A stretch of DNA of 58,623 nt from a virus (IMGVR_UViG_3300005471_000003:1-58623), one strand, 5' to 3'. Shown: positions 17,322 through 26,847, counted from the first letter of the stretch. A program made the numbers and translations. Notes: generated by a model not told the origin, from the sequence alone.

Positions 17322-18980
17322 TTATCGTCCAAGTGCCGTTCGCAGCGTGGCGTAGCGGCTTGAGAAGTTGGCCGCGTCACCCGCCGTCAGGCCAAGCCCA
17401 ATCGAATACATCTCAAGGGTGCGCGCCGTGAAATACAGCGGGTTGCCGTTTTCGTTACCCGCGTGGACGAAGTTAATGAGCGCCGACCGGCTGCCAGCCG
17501 CGCCAGTTCCAGTGACTATCGACGAGCCGTCCTTGTAAATGGCGATGTTATTGGCCGCAATGCGGCTGCCGACATAGTGGCCAACATTGTTCGTGTCCGC
17601 CACTGAGATCAGGCCCGTGGTGCCGTTGTTACATGCGAAATAGGTGGTCGAACTGATGTTGATGGCGTATGTGGACGCCGCCGCAGTCGTGGTTCCAATG
17701 TTGACAATCGTCCCGCTGTCGGTCGTTCTCGCGTAGTAAGCTAAATGCAGATCGTTGTCACCCATCGGCCCGGCGTTCGATGCCAACCCGGTGCTGATGT
17801 ATTCGTCCGTGCCGTTGCCCGTCAGACCAGTCGCTTGATTGTAGTCTCCTGAATCGAAGTTGTTCAGCGTGTCCACCGCCGCTCCAGCCGTGTTCTTTAG
17901 CGGTGCCTTGAGCGCGTTCAAGTCGTCTCCAGCGTAGATGTTAAAACGCATGATCTTGTTCCAGACGCCGTCGCTCATCAACCCGCTGATGAACGTTTTC
18001 ACCGCGTTCGTCGTGCCCGCAATGGTCACGTCGCTGCTCTGGCCTTTGACTCGCGCAATCCAGTCGCCCAGCGCGGAGTTCGCATCGCTGCGTCCAAGCG
18101 CGGCCCGAAGCGTCGCATATCGGCTTGTGAAGTTCGCAACATCGGTCGGCGTCAAGCCGGTGCCGATGGAATACATCTCGATTAGCCGTGTTGTCGGCAA
18201 AGCCAGCGACCCGGTATCGTTCAACCCGTGAATGTAAAGCGTCTGCGATGTGCGAGTGCCGCCCGATGTCGCTATGCTGACAATCGACGTGCCGCTCAGA
18301 TACAGCGTCGATGAATTGGCTGCGGTCCGGCTTCCGATGTAATGGCCGTAGGAAACTGAGTCGCCGACAATGGCTCGTCCTTGGCCGACAGTTAGGTTGA
18401 GGCAGTCGAACGAAGACGCGATGTTGAAACCCGTCGTGATGCCCAAATGAGCCGATCCACCGCCTGATTGTGCTCCTAACGTTTGGCTGGCGTCAAAACT
18501 TGGAGCACCCACGAACACAGACAAGTGAATGTCGTTGTCGCCAAACGCTGCGTTATCAATGCCGACGCCTGTCGAGATATACTCGTCAACGCCATTGCCC
18601 TTTAATCCGAGGTCTTGCGCGTAGTCGCCAGCATCGAAATTGTTCAGAGTATCGGTCGCGGCACCAATGGTGTTAATGAGTGGCGCTTCAAGAGCGGCCA
18701 AGGTGTCTCCGGCATCAATGCTGTGCCGCTTGAGCTTGCTCCATACGCCGTCCGTCATCAGGCCGTCGATGTATTGGCCAACCGCAGTCTGTGTGCCGGG
18801 TATCGTCACATCACTTCCACGACCTTGAACGCGAGTCACCCAATCGTTGAGTGCTGATTGTGCGGCTGCGCTGATGCCAGACGCGGGCTTAAAGAAACCG
18901 AGAGGTATCGGAATGACTGCTCGTAGCGTGAGCAGCGCGCCAAGGAAGACAGCGCAGACGATGAATCGACGACGGTTCAT
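17322..18980 (-). CDS. tail-fibre/receptor-binding-like protein made of two tandem ~255-aa repeats
   Basis: Start at MNRRRFIVCAVFLGALL (18980, ATGA overlap with the upstream gene). Unit 1 (18090-18860) and unit 2 (17325-18083) align: DWVTRVQGRGSDVTIPGT/DWIARVKGQSSDVTIAGT...NFTSRYATLRAALGR/NFSSRYATLRTALGR. Confidence 0.6.
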   Translation of the reverse strand: MNRRRFIVCAVFLGALLTLRAVIPIPLGFFKPASGISAAAQSALNDWVTRVQGRGSDVTIPGTQTAVGQYIDGLMTDGVWSKLKRHSIDAGDTLAALEAPLINTIGAATDTLNNFDAGDYAQDLGLKGNGVDEYISTGVGIDNAAFGDNDIHLSVFVGAPSFDASQTLGAQSGGGSAHLGITTGFNIASSFDCLNLTVGQGRAIVGDSVSYGHYIGSRTAANSSTLYLSGTSIVSIATSGGTRTSQTLYIHGLNDTGSLALPTTRLIEMYSIGTGLTPTDVANFTSRYATLRAALGRSDANSALGDWIARVKGQSSDVTIAGTTNAVKTFISGLMSDGVWNKIMRFNIYAGDDLNALKAPLKNTAGAAVDTLNNFDSGDYNQATGLTGNGTDEYISTGLASNAGPMGDNDLHLAYYARTTDSGTIVNIGTTTAAASTYAINISSTTYFACNNGTTGLISVADTNNVGHYVGSRIAANNIAIYKDGSSIVTGTGAAGSRSALINFVHAGNENGNPLYFTARTLEMYSIGLGLTAGDAANFSSRYATLRTALGR

Positions 18981-19819
18981 TGTCCTGTCGCCGCGACCAC
19001 CCCATACGCCTTGGTCGCGGAAAATGGCGATGTGGCGAAGGTGAGAACGGTTACAGCATTGGCATTTGTGTTTAGGGCGACCACAGCATTGGTGCTCGTG
19101 CCACTTCCGGCCATCACCCATGAGCTATTGGTCAGGGTCAGGGAGAACCCTCCAGCGTTCTGCACATGCACCTGAATTGTCTGCGCATCGTTCGTGCCTG
19201 GTAGGTTGCTTGGCGCGACGAAAAACCCATTATTGGTCAGATTAAGTTTGAACATGCTCGCCGCGTTGAAGTCGATGCTGCTCACATTGCTACCGCTCAT
19301 GGTCAGCGTTGTCCAGGGCATCCGAACATACTGTGTCACGATGAGCGTGTTGTTTTTTCCGTTCACCGTGAAGATGTTCGACACCGTGAGATTGTTCTGC
19401 ACCGTCACGTTTGTCACTGTGATGTTCGATACGGTGAGATTGTTGACGATGTTGACGTTGGTCGAGATGATCGTGTTGTAGGTGTTGGTCGTGTCGCCTG
19501 ATGAGATGGACACGCCGTCCAGCAGCAGTGCGCCCCCAGCCGACACGCTCAACTTGTTCGTGCGTCCGCTTATCGACAATGGTCCCGGCATTACCATGTT
19601 CGTGCCCGTGATGCTGAATCCCGCTGTGTACTGGAACAGGCGGTCTGCGCCCGTGCCGTCCGGTAGCAGCACTGATATAGGATAGAGCGCCAGCGTGCTT
19701 TGCGCGAGAATATTGGGCGTCCTTGGCGCGGTGTTCGTCGTGGCCGCGTTTCGCAGGATGGGTTGCCCATGCGCCGTCCACATCAAGAGCAGCGCCAGCG
19801 TTAAGAGTAAGCGTTTCAT
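18977..19819 (-). CDS. secreted beta-helix-like fibre/adhesin protein
   Basis: Signal-like MKRLLLTLALLLMWTAHG. Repeats NVNIVNNLTVSNITVTNVTVQNNLTVSN. Confidence 0.55.
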   Translation of the reverse strand: MKRLLLTLALLLMWTAHGQPILRNAATTNTAPRTPNILAQSTLALYPISVLLPDGTGADRLFQYTAGFSITGTNMVMPGPLSISGRTNKLSVSAGGALLLDGVSISSGDTTNTYNTIISTNVNIVNNLTVSNITVTNVTVQNNLTVSNIFTVNGKNNTLIVTQYVRMPWTTLTMSGSNVSSIDFNAASMFKLNLTNNGFFVAPSNLPGTNDAQTIQVHVQNAGGFSLTLTNSSWVMAGSGTSTNAVVALNTNANAVTVLTFATSPFSATKAYGVVAATGQ

Positions 19820-19826
19820 GGTCGTG

Positions 19827-20207
19827 TTAGGCGATCAACTGCTGCCACGCTGAGCCGTCCCAAGCCCACAGTGATGGTGGCGCGTCTGTGTCGACGTAAA
19901 GGCCGCACGCTCCGCTGGGCGCTGCGCCAGGATCACCGGAGCCGCACGTCACACCGCCGCCTCCTGTGCTTCCGGCATCCACTATTTGTTGCAGCAACGC
20001 CAGCTCCAGTAGTTGCCACATACCAGGCGACAGGCATTGATAACACTTCGCCGCCTCCAAAAGTGCGTTTGTGGATGTGTCAGCCATAGGAGAAGATGCG
20101 AGAAGGATTTGTTTAAGTAGGCCCAGCTTCAATAACTGCCACAGACCGGGTGACAGACATTCGTAGCACTTCGTATCACTGAGCAGCGTGTTTGCGTCGG
20201 TTGCCAT
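19827..20207 (-). CDS. hypothetical protein with an internal duplication
   Basis: NTLLSDTKCYECLSPGLWQLLKLGLLKQIL and NALLEAAKCYQCLSPGMWQLLELALLQQIV. Start taken at M14 (20207). Confidence 0.5.
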   Translation of the reverse strand: MATDANTLLSDTKCYECLSPGLWQLLKLGLLKQILLASSPMADTSTNALLEAAKCYQCLSPGMWQLLELALLQQIVDAGSTGGGGVTCGSGDPGAAPSGACGLYVDTDAPPSLWAWDGSAWQQLIA

Positions 20208-20236
20208 TGACTTCAAGCTATGTTTTGATAGAATCG

Positions 20237-20311
20237 CAGCGAACATTCGGAAAGCGATTCCGGTTGTTCGCTGCTAAACAAAACAGTGAAGTGACCACCG
20301 TTATGCCTAGA
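20237..20311 (+). promoter_or_regulatory. conserved leader copy B: hairpin + GCTAAACAAAAC box + GTTATGCCT
   Basis: Stem cagcgaaca/tgttcgctg (20237-20273), box at 20273-20284, ATG 20303. Confidence 0.55.
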
Positions 20312-20926
20312 AAACATTCCTCTGTCGGCCTGCGCTTTGGAAGACTTTTCGTGAATGCCCAAATCGGAAGTTTTAGCGAATGCGCTTGTGACTGCGGAAA
20401 TGAAGTGCGTGTTAGAACAACTGATTTGATGGCCGGTCGAACCAAATCGTGTGGTTGTTTGCGAGCCGATGCCATTTCCAAAGCGAAAATGATTCACGGG
20501 CACAGCAACATGCGCGGGAAGAAACCAGCATCTAGAACTTACATATCTTGGCAACACATGATTCAACGATGCACAAATCCTAGGAACAAAAAGTACCCGG
20601 ACTATGGTGGACGAGGAATCACTGTCTGCGAGCGATGGAAAACATTCAGCAATTTCTTGGTTGATATGGGAGAGGCTCCATCCGGCAAAACGCTGGATCG
20701 TTGGCCAAATAATCAAGGGTCTTACGAACCTAGAAATTGCAGATGGGCAACACAAAAGGAGCAAAGCCGCAATAAACGCACAAATCGCATGGTAACGGTT
20801 CATGGAATTACGGCTTGCTTGGTCGAGTTGTGCGAGTTGTTTCATCTGAAATATGATTTGGTAAAAAGGCGACTCAATGACGGATGGACACCTGAAAGAG
20901 CACTACTGACGCCTGTAATCCGTTAA
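20303..20926 (+). CDS. His-less HNH-like (homing-endonuclease-like) protein, paralog 2
   Basis: MPRKHSS..CACDCGNE..SCGC, YGGRGITVCERWKTFSNFLVDMG, LDRWPNNQGSYEPRNCRWATQKEQSRN. Confidence 0.6.
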   Translation: MPRKHSSVGLRFGRLFVNAQIGSFSECACDCGNEVRVRTTDLMAGRTKSCGCLRADAISKAKMIHGHSNMRGKKPASRTYISWQHMIQRCTNPRNKKYPDYGGRGITVCERWKTFSNFLVDMGEAPSGKTLDRWPNNQGSYEPRNCRWATQKEQSRNKRTNRMVTVHGITACLVELCELFHLKYDLVKRRLNDGWTPERALLTPVIR

Positions 20927-21189
20927 TCATACATTGAATCAGGTTCTGCCTCTTGCGTTTCATCTGATTTATGAGCGTCCGGCCCTAAACAAACTAGGGT
21001 CAATTCCGAATCATGTGCTTCTTCAATCCTCACGCGATGCACGGTTCCAGGTGACAAATCGCCTTTGAACGATGCCTTGGGAGCCAAGAATGGTTCACCA
21101 ACGTTTTCAGTGTCGTCCTTGTCAGAATCTGGTTCATCACGAAACGCATTTTCCTGATCGAGGTCCGAGTCATAATAATCGTCAGGCAT
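20923..21189 (-). CDS. hypothetical acidic protein
   Basis: 88 aa, Asp/Glu-rich. Confidence 0.45.
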   Translation of the reverse strand: MPDDYYDSDLDQENAFRDEPDSDKDDTENVGEPFLAPKASFKGDLSPGTVHRVRIEEAHDSELTLVCLGPDAHKSDETQEAEPDSMYD

Positions 21190-21192
21190 AAA

Positions 21193-21729
21193 TCACTTTC
21201 CAGCGGCACGTCGCACCGCCATTTTCAGTTCCTTCAGTTTGTCCTTGGTGGCGACGACTCTGAGGTTCGACGGTCGGCAATCGCGTTGGTCTCCTGACCT
21301 GAACGCCACGAACCTATCCGACCTGCACTTGGCCGCATCTCTGTGAAGCCATCGAACTTCGCCTTTCTCATCGCGCCTGTAAAGGTGTCCGGTTCTGTTC
21401 GAGCGCCACTCAAATTTGCCAAGCTCCTCGAACTGTTGCGGCGTCACAATCACGTAGCATTCCGGCTTGTCTACCGCGATGATCCGTTTCAGGTTCTTGC
21501 CCTTGATCTCCTTTTCCACACGCACCGGAGATGACGGCCTGTCCAATCCTTCAGCCGTCTTCTGGATCGCTGGCAATGTGTCCTCTACTGTCTTCGGGAA
21601 CTCCACAGGCACAGTCTCGACCTTCGGCTTCTCCTCGCCCGGCGTCCAGCCGTTCACCTGATCTTTCTCTGCTGGTGGATTACGCCGCAGATCAACAAAG
21701 CCTTGGTCGTTTAGAACGAGACGGTTCAT
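21193..21729 (-). CDS. hypothetical protein, possibly a degenerate HNH-like domain
   Basis: RFVAFRSGDQRDCRPSNLRVV loosely resembles the NGD..DNR..NL part of HNH_3, but without the His. Confidence 0.4.
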   Translation of the reverse strand: MNRLVLNDQGFVDLRRNPPAEKDQVNGWTPGEEKPKVETVPVEFPKTVEDTLPAIQKTAEGLDRPSSPVRVEKEIKGKNLKRIIAVDKPECYVIVTPQQFEELGKFEWRSNRTGHLYRRDEKGEVRWLHRDAAKCRSDRFVAFRSGDQRDCRPSNLRVVATKDKLKELKMAVRRAAGK

Positions 21730-21767
21730 TTCAGCTTGATTTCACAGGGCATTTTGATAAGGTCGCA

Positions 21768-21834
21768 GCACTCGACCGGGTATGAACCGGCTGAGTGCCG
21801 CTAAACAAAACGAATGATTCTCGTTATGCCTGCC
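21768..21834 (+). promoter_or_regulatory. conserved leader copy C: hairpin + GCTAAACAAAAC box + GTTATGCCT (followed only by a 14-codon remnant ORF)
   Basis: Stem gcactcgaccgg/ccggctgagtgc (21768-21798), box at 21800-21811, ATG 21826 then a stop at 21868-21870. Confidence 0.5.
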
Positions 21835-21850
21835 AACACCTTTACTCCCT

Positions 21851-22090
21851 ATGCCGCAATCATTCGATAAGAAATTTACGGCGGTAGGCGTCACCAAAAA
21901 AGACGGCAAGGAAGGATTGGGCGAATTCGACATCGTTTTCATTAACGGCAAGCCTTACGCGATAATTGGTCCCGCATTTGGCGGGGCAGCCGTCGAGTTG
22001 AAACCACTTGACCCGTCTCGACTATTTGCCAAAGACGCCGGTCCTGATTTCTTTTACGTCCGCACTCTCGACCTCGACCATCACAATTAA
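21851..22090 (+). CDS. hypothetical protein
   Basis: 79-aa ORF downstream of leader C. No motif recognised. Confidence 0.4.
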   Translation: MPQSFDKKFTAVGVTKKDGKEGLGEFDIVFINGKPYAIIGPAFGGAAVELKPLDPSRLFAKDAGPDFFYVRTLDLDHHN

Positions 22091-22111
22091 CAGTGAAACG
22101 CAAGGAGTTCA

Positions 22112-22141
22112 TGCGAAAACAAACCGACTGTTATGCCTAAC
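22112..22141 (+). promoter_or_regulatory. conserved leader copy D (degenerate box GCGAAAACAAAC + GTTATGCCT)
   Basis: Box at 22112-22123, ATG 22133. No obvious hairpin. Confidence 0.4.
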
Positions 22142-22645
22142 CAACCTTCTCTCACCTTCTTGACGGAAACGCAACGACTGACTTTGGCCGCTAGATTCTG
22201 GACCAAGGTAAACAAATTCCCCGGAGAATGCTGGATGTGGACCGCAGCCCTCACGGGCACTGGAACCTGCTACGGATGCTTTCGCATAAACGGACGCACG
22301 TATCGAGCGCATCGCGTGTCGTGGGAACTGACAAAGGGTATGATTCCTGAAGGAATGGGAGTTCTTCACACTTGCGACCATCCTTGGTGCGTAAACCCTG
22401 ACCATCTGTTTATCGGAGATCAGCAGAAGAACCATGACGACAAGAAAGAGAAGGGTCGCACATCGCATCTGTTTGGCGAATCCAGCGGACGACATAAGCT
22501 CAAGGAGAAACAGGTGATTTGGATGCGTAGTGTGTACGTTCCGTTTCATCCTGAATTTGGAGCGCGTGCTTTGGCAAGGAGATTCAAAGTTTCTCACACT
22601 GCCGTTGAGCACGCGCTCCACGGAATTAACTGGCCTTACCTTTAG
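22133..22645 (+). CDS. HNH (HNH_3-type) homing endonuclease
   Basis: CWMWTAALTGTGTCYGCFRINGRTYRAHRVSWEL...LHTCDHPWCVNPDHLFIGDQQKNHDD. Confidence 0.8.
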   Translation: MPNQPSLTFLTETQRLTLAARFWTKVNKFPGECWMWTAALTGTGTCYGCFRINGRTYRAHRVSWELTKGMIPEGMGVLHTCDHPWCVNPDHLFIGDQQKNHDDKKEKGRTSHLFGESSGRHKLKEKQVIWMRSVYVPFHPEFGARALARRFKVSHTAVEHALHGINWPYL

Positions 22646-24102
22646 GTGTCTTCTGGAGCCTCTAAATCTCCATCGTCATTGGCACATACGTCGTTGCAGG
22701 ATTGATACGACTGCGCTGGGTAGCCGGGTGAGGTGTTGCAGGTGTTTATCTCGGGAACACAGAGCGGTTCGCGCTTGTTAAAGAAACACACCATGAACTC
22801 AGGATGCTGTGGACGAATCGCCTGCTTAAAGTCGGCAATAAATTGCCCCTTGTTCCTGCGTTTGTTTTCAATGACGTTTCCACTTGAGTCCGCACCCAAG
22901 TTGTCGAGAACAAATTGCCATCTTCCAGCCCAGTTGCGGCTTGAGAACGGCATTTCAGGGTTAATCGGTTTGCTGTCGAACATCAGGCATGTAATCCCCA
23001 TCTTATGCGTGATGAACGTGAAGGCGAACTGTGCGGTTTCGTAATACGGATTGTCCGCTGACCCTAGTCCAGGATCGCCGCCAGCGCCACTGGTGACTTC
23101 GTTGACGTATGGGAGCACGACTTGGTAACGGTAACGGTTCGCACCTACTCCACCGCCACGGTCGAGGACGAAGTTGAATCGAAGCTCGAACGGATCAACG
23201 CGCACCATGAAATTCCCAATCTGCCCGCTGAACCCGTAGCGCCAGTATTTGTCAGCAGCAGAGAACTGTTCAAAACGCCAGTTGCCTGAGAGCGATGGCG
23301 CACCAGAACCCCATCCGGTTGAGCCGCCCATGCGGTCGAGTTCCCAACACGTTTCCATGCTGGTGACGAGTTCGATGTATGGCGCGGTCTCCTGGAAAGG
23401 ATTCTTTCCGGCGTAACCAATACGCATGAGCGGGCTGAACTGCCGCTGGAGCATCTGCGGCACGAGCTTGAACACGTTCGCTGGGTTGCACGAGCAATCG
23501 AAGAAGATTTCTTCGTCACCGACCACGACGAACTCGCCTGTGAACGGTGTCATTGACCCGTTCGCCGTCAGCTTCTTGTCGGCATGAAGGAAAGTCCGCT
23601 TCCGCAAGAACGTCGATTGAATCGCGCTCGTCGCCGGCCTGAGAATGTCCGTGATGATCTGTTGAAACTGTTCCTCAGCATGGCTGACGTGCATCAACTG
23701 ATCGAAGCACAACAGCGGCGTGGCCCATGACTGTTCCTCAAGGTAGTAGGTGATCCGTTCCGATCCCCAACCGATGCAATGTTCGTCCTTGTCGCACGGC
23801 GTACCGATACACCCGGCATACTGCGTCCGCGTCCAGGTCTTCGTCGTGTTCGGCTGAACATTCTTGAACCGATCAAGGCGATGTTCGACGCCTGTGGCCG
23901 ACGGGAAAGTTCCGGTAGCGACATTGCCGATCCAGGTGTTATCAGTTGGCCTGATGTCGTAGACGATTAATTCGTCGTAGAAGGGCTCCTGATTTACGAG
24001 GAAGTTCGGAAAGCTGCAACAATTCTCGATCATATTAAATGTTCGGTTGCGAACCCGATTAACGCATCTAATCAACGTGCCGAAAGAACGTGAAAAGCGC
24101 AC
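22642..24102 (-). CDS. putative major capsid protein
   Basis: Called from position only (downstream of the portal and scaffold-like genes) and size. No motif recognised. Start is GTG 24102 or ATG 24033 (MIENCC). Confidence 0.5.
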   Translation of the reverse strand: MRFSRSFGTLIRCVNRVRNRTFNMIENCCSFPNFLVNQEPFYDELIVYDIRPTDNTWIGNVATGTFPSATGVEHRLDRFKNVQPNTTKTWTRTQYAGCIGTPCDKDEHCIGWGSERITYYLEEQSWATPLLCFDQLMHVSHAEEQFQQIITDILRPATSAIQSTFLRKRTFLHADKKLTANGSMTPFTGEFVVVGDEEIFFDCSCNPANVFKLVPQMLQRQFSPLMRIGYAGKNPFQETAPYIELVTSMETCWELDRMGGSTGWGSGAPSLSGNWRFEQFSAADKYWRYGFSGQIGNFMVRVDPFELRFNFVLDRGGGVGANRYRYQVVLPYVNEVTSGAGGDPGLGSADNPYYETAQFAFTFITHKMGITCLMFDSKPINPEMPFSSRNWAGRWQFVLDNLGADSSGNVIENKRRNKGQFIADFKQAIRPQHPEFMVCFFNKREPLCVPEINTCNTSPGYPAQSYQSCNDVCANDDGDLEAPEDT

Positions 24103-24248
24103 ATGCGCAACACTTCAATCGGGGGAGGTGTCAGAGGCGAGAAGCCTCAGAAGTCCGGCGTCTTGTCACCAACCGGATTCCCCTATTTCGGCACACGGGG
24201 GATAGAACTTTCGTGCAACGGCAAACTACGCTCCGATGTTGGAAAATG

Positions 24249-24848
24249 TCAACTAGCGAATCTGATGAATCTTTTGATAGCTGTGAAAATTTTTGCAGGC
24301 GTATGTTGGCATCTTTCTTTTGGTATCATTGGCCATTTGACCCCTTTCATCAGCCTGTCGAAGCATGAGTCGCAGAAATTCCACAAGACCGGAGGTTTTG
24401 CTGGTAGTCCGTAATATTCCAAAACGTTCCTAAGTTTCGTATCTGGATTTACCTTGTTACAAAGTCGGCAAGCCCTCTTTCTATGTCCAGATTTAATCAT
24501 CGGATGAGCTTTAGCCAATCCGATACCGTTCACTTTTCCTATCCATGTCTGTACCGCATCGACAGTATCATTGAACCTCCACTTGTCGTTGCTTCGAGAA
24601 TCCTGACCGATTTGCATTAGAGAATGAACAAAGTCATGGCAGAATCTACAAAGAATCCTCAAGTCCGTTGGTTTAGTTTCCCAGATGTTACCAGGATATG
24701 AAACGTGATGAGCGTCATTGTGAATAGACTTTTCTCCACAAATACAGCAATTGGCACCGCATTTGGCTAAGGCATCAGACCGTACTGTTTTCCACTCGTC
24801 CGATTTAAGAAACACGTTCCGGTAATACTCCTTGCCCTCGATACTCAT
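24249..24848 (-). CDS. HNH endonuclease (CxxC...HH...CxxCH type)
   Basis: CCICGEKSIHNDAHHVSY...LRILCRFCHDFVH. Start at MSIEGKE (24848). Inserted between the scaffold-like and capsid-like genes. Confidence 0.7.
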   Translation of the reverse strand: MSIEGKEYYRNVFLKSDEWKTVRSDALAKCGANCCICGEKSIHNDAHHVSYPGNIWETKPTDLRILCRFCHDFVHSLMQIGQDSRSNDKWRFNDTVDAVQTWIGKVNGIGLAKAHPMIKSGHRKRACRLCNKVNPDTKLRNVLEYYGLPAKPPVLWNFCDSCFDRLMKGVKWPMIPKERCQHTPAKIFTAIKRFIRFAS

Positions 24849-24984
24849 AGAAGAACTCCTCTCCCACTCGCCGGTTAGGTCCAACGCCTTGGCGGCAATC
24901 GGCAGCGAGCAGGAGAGAAAAGGTTGATGTAACATGCCCTAACAGCATGTCCGAATGCTACAGAACCGCGCTTAAAAGTCGAGG

Positions 24985-26301
24985 CTAAAAATACTGCGGA
25001 GCAGGCACACTGGCCGCCTGCATTCGTTGTCTTGCTCTCTCCATTGGCGTGCTGGCCTGTTGCGGTTTTCCGTTTGACCCACCGGACTGTCCGGCAGTCG
25101 GTTCACTCGCCTCGAATTGTTTCAGCTTGTCATCACGTTCTTTGATCTGCGCCTTGAGCCGCGAGTTCTCCAGCTTGAGTGTCGAGTAGGCGATTGACCT
25201 GTTGCGAACGGCGGCATGTGCTCGAACCAGTTTGGCGCGTTCTTCAGGCGTCAACCTCGGGTCAGTCGCGTTCTTCGAGAATGCCTCATCAGCGAGCGCC
25301 TTGGCCTTTTCCAGTTTGGCATTGTGTTCCGTGTCGCCCTCGCGCGGTTTCAAGTACTCCAGTTTCTCGCCGTCTTCACGATTGAACTTCTCCCACATCG
25401 ACGAGACTTCGGATTGAACGGACTTCATTTTCTCCGTCATCTGCGTCTGCCGTTCAGTGCCGGTCTTCCGGGCATCGTCCAGGGCTTTGTTCTGCGCATC
25501 GGCCAAGTCACGGATGCGTTGGCGATGCAGCATCACGTCATTGGCTGAGTCACCGAACATCTGGTTGGCCGTCTTGCGAGCATCCCCTAGCGGCATTCTG
25601 GCCAAAGCAAGCAGATCGTTTGCGGTGGCTTTGCGGGCGACCGAGCCATCTTCTGCGAGGACTTCCAACTCCCCCAGGTCTGACATCGCTTTGGTCCAGG
25701 CTTCTTCGTAAGGCTTTTGGTACTTCTCGGCGTATTCCTGACTTTTGGCATAGTTATGGTAGCGGATTTCTTCTTCGAGTTCCTTGTTCCGTTTGTCGAT
25801 GGCTTCGAGCCGTTCGATGTTTGGCAGTTTCTCCAGCTTTTCCTTGAGTTGATTGCGCTCCATCTCAATTGCCGCCGCGCGTTTCTCCCAATACTTCTTC
25901 AGCTTCCACGGGCCAGCTTGCGCAGGTGGTTTCGACGCCTTCAGTTCGTCCTCAGTAATTGCCTCGTCTTCCGGCTTTGGCGTATCAGTCGGTTTAGGCG
26001 TATCGACTGGCTTCGATGGCTCATCAGTCTCAAGAGGGTCAGTGTCCGGTGTTGGCGGATCATCGGTTGCCTTGGCTGGTGCTGGCTTGGGCGGTTCAGT
26101 CGGTTTCTTCTGCCTGACTGTCTCCATCGGATTCGGGTCGCTCAAGTCAGCCTCGACAGCCGTAGCAGCCATGCGTGCCCGCGCCCGCGCCATTGGTGTC
26201 TCGCCGTTGGGTGCGGCGAGTGCCTTTGGCGCAGGTGCGGGTGTCGGTGCGGGGGTCGGTGTTTGTGCGACGGGAGATGGGGCAGGAGGAGCAGCAGGCA
26301 T
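24985..26301 (-). CDS. putative scaffolding protein
   Basis: Pro/Ala-rich N-terminus, then long Lys/Glu-rich helical segments. Lies between the portal and capsid candidates. Confidence 0.45.
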   Translation of the reverse strand: MPAAPPAPSPVAQTPTPAPTPAPAPKALAAPNGETPMARARARMAATAVEADLSDPNPMETVRQKKPTEPPKPAPAKATDDPPTPDTDPLETDEPSKPVDTPKPTDTPKPEDEAITEDELKASKPPAQAGPWKLKKYWEKRAAAIEMERNQLKEKLEKLPNIERLEAIDKRNKELEEEIRYHNYAKSQEYAEKYQKPYEEAWTKAMSDLGELEVLAEDGSVARKATANDLLALARMPLGDARKTANQMFGDSANDVMLHRQRIRDLADAQNKALDDARKTGTERQTQMTEKMKSVQSEVSSMWEKFNREDGEKLEYLKPREGDTEHNAKLEKAKALADEAFSKNATDPRLTPEERAKLVRAHAAVRNRSIAYSTLKLENSRLKAQIKERDDKLKQFEASEPTAGQSGGSNGKPQQASTPMERARQRMQAASVPAPQYF

Positions 26302-26305
26302 AGTG

Positions 26306-26563
26306 TTATTTCAATTGGTGATCCAGATTGTGAGATGTTCTAGGAGCAATAGGTTTCGGTTTCTCAGGCAGTGCTTTCAGGATTTCAAGGAATCGTTGTG
26401 CGCCTCGAACGAAATCCAGTGTCGAATCCGGTTTAAGGTCTTCCATGAGCGACAACATCGCAAGCTCCGTCGCTCTCGTGAAGGCTTCGGAATCCACCAC
26501 GTCAAGGAACTGGCTGGCCAGCTTCTCTTGTTCAAGGAAACGTTGTTTCGGACTGGTATTCAC
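26306..26563 (-). CDS. hypothetical protein
   Basis: 85-aa ORF in the head-gene block. Confidence 0.5.
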   Translation of the reverse strand: MNTSPKQRFLEQEKLASQFLDVVDSEAFTRATELAMLSLMEDLKPDSTLDFVRGAQRFLEILKALPEKPKPIAPRTSHNLDHQLK

Positions 26564-26847
26564 TGGCCGTTTCCTTTCATAGCCTTGATGCGTTCGCGTT
26601 GTGCGAGCTTCGCGGCGACTTGGATTCGACTCATCTTCTTCACGCCTGACTCAAGTTCAGTTAGTGCCTGCGTTATCATGAACACCAATAACTTCTGAGC
26701 GTCCTCTGACAAATGGGTCACGTCATATGTGAGTCTCAAGAAAGTATGCACTTTATCTTCAGCAGGACGAACCGATAACACGCAACTATTCTGCGGCAAT
26801 GGCGGAAGTTCTGGAGGTTGCTCTTGAACGGAATCTATCATCGACAT
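26560..26847 (-). CDS. hypothetical protein
   Basis: 95-aa ORF with an ATGA overlap to the downstream gene. Confidence 0.5.
   Translation of the reverse strand: MSMIDSVQEQPPELPPLPQNSCVLSVRPAEDKVHTFLRLTYDVTHLSEDAQKLLVFMITQALTELESGVKKMSRIQVAAKLAQRERIKAMKGNGQ

Noticed and set aside
25179-26698. Long plus-strand ORFs antisense to the scaffold-like gene (for example 25853..26698, 281 aa, GFGVSVGLGVSTGF...)
   Set aside because: These are low-complexity mirror images of the Pro/Ala/Lys/Glu-rich minus-strand gene. They have no start context or coupling and they break the operon logic.
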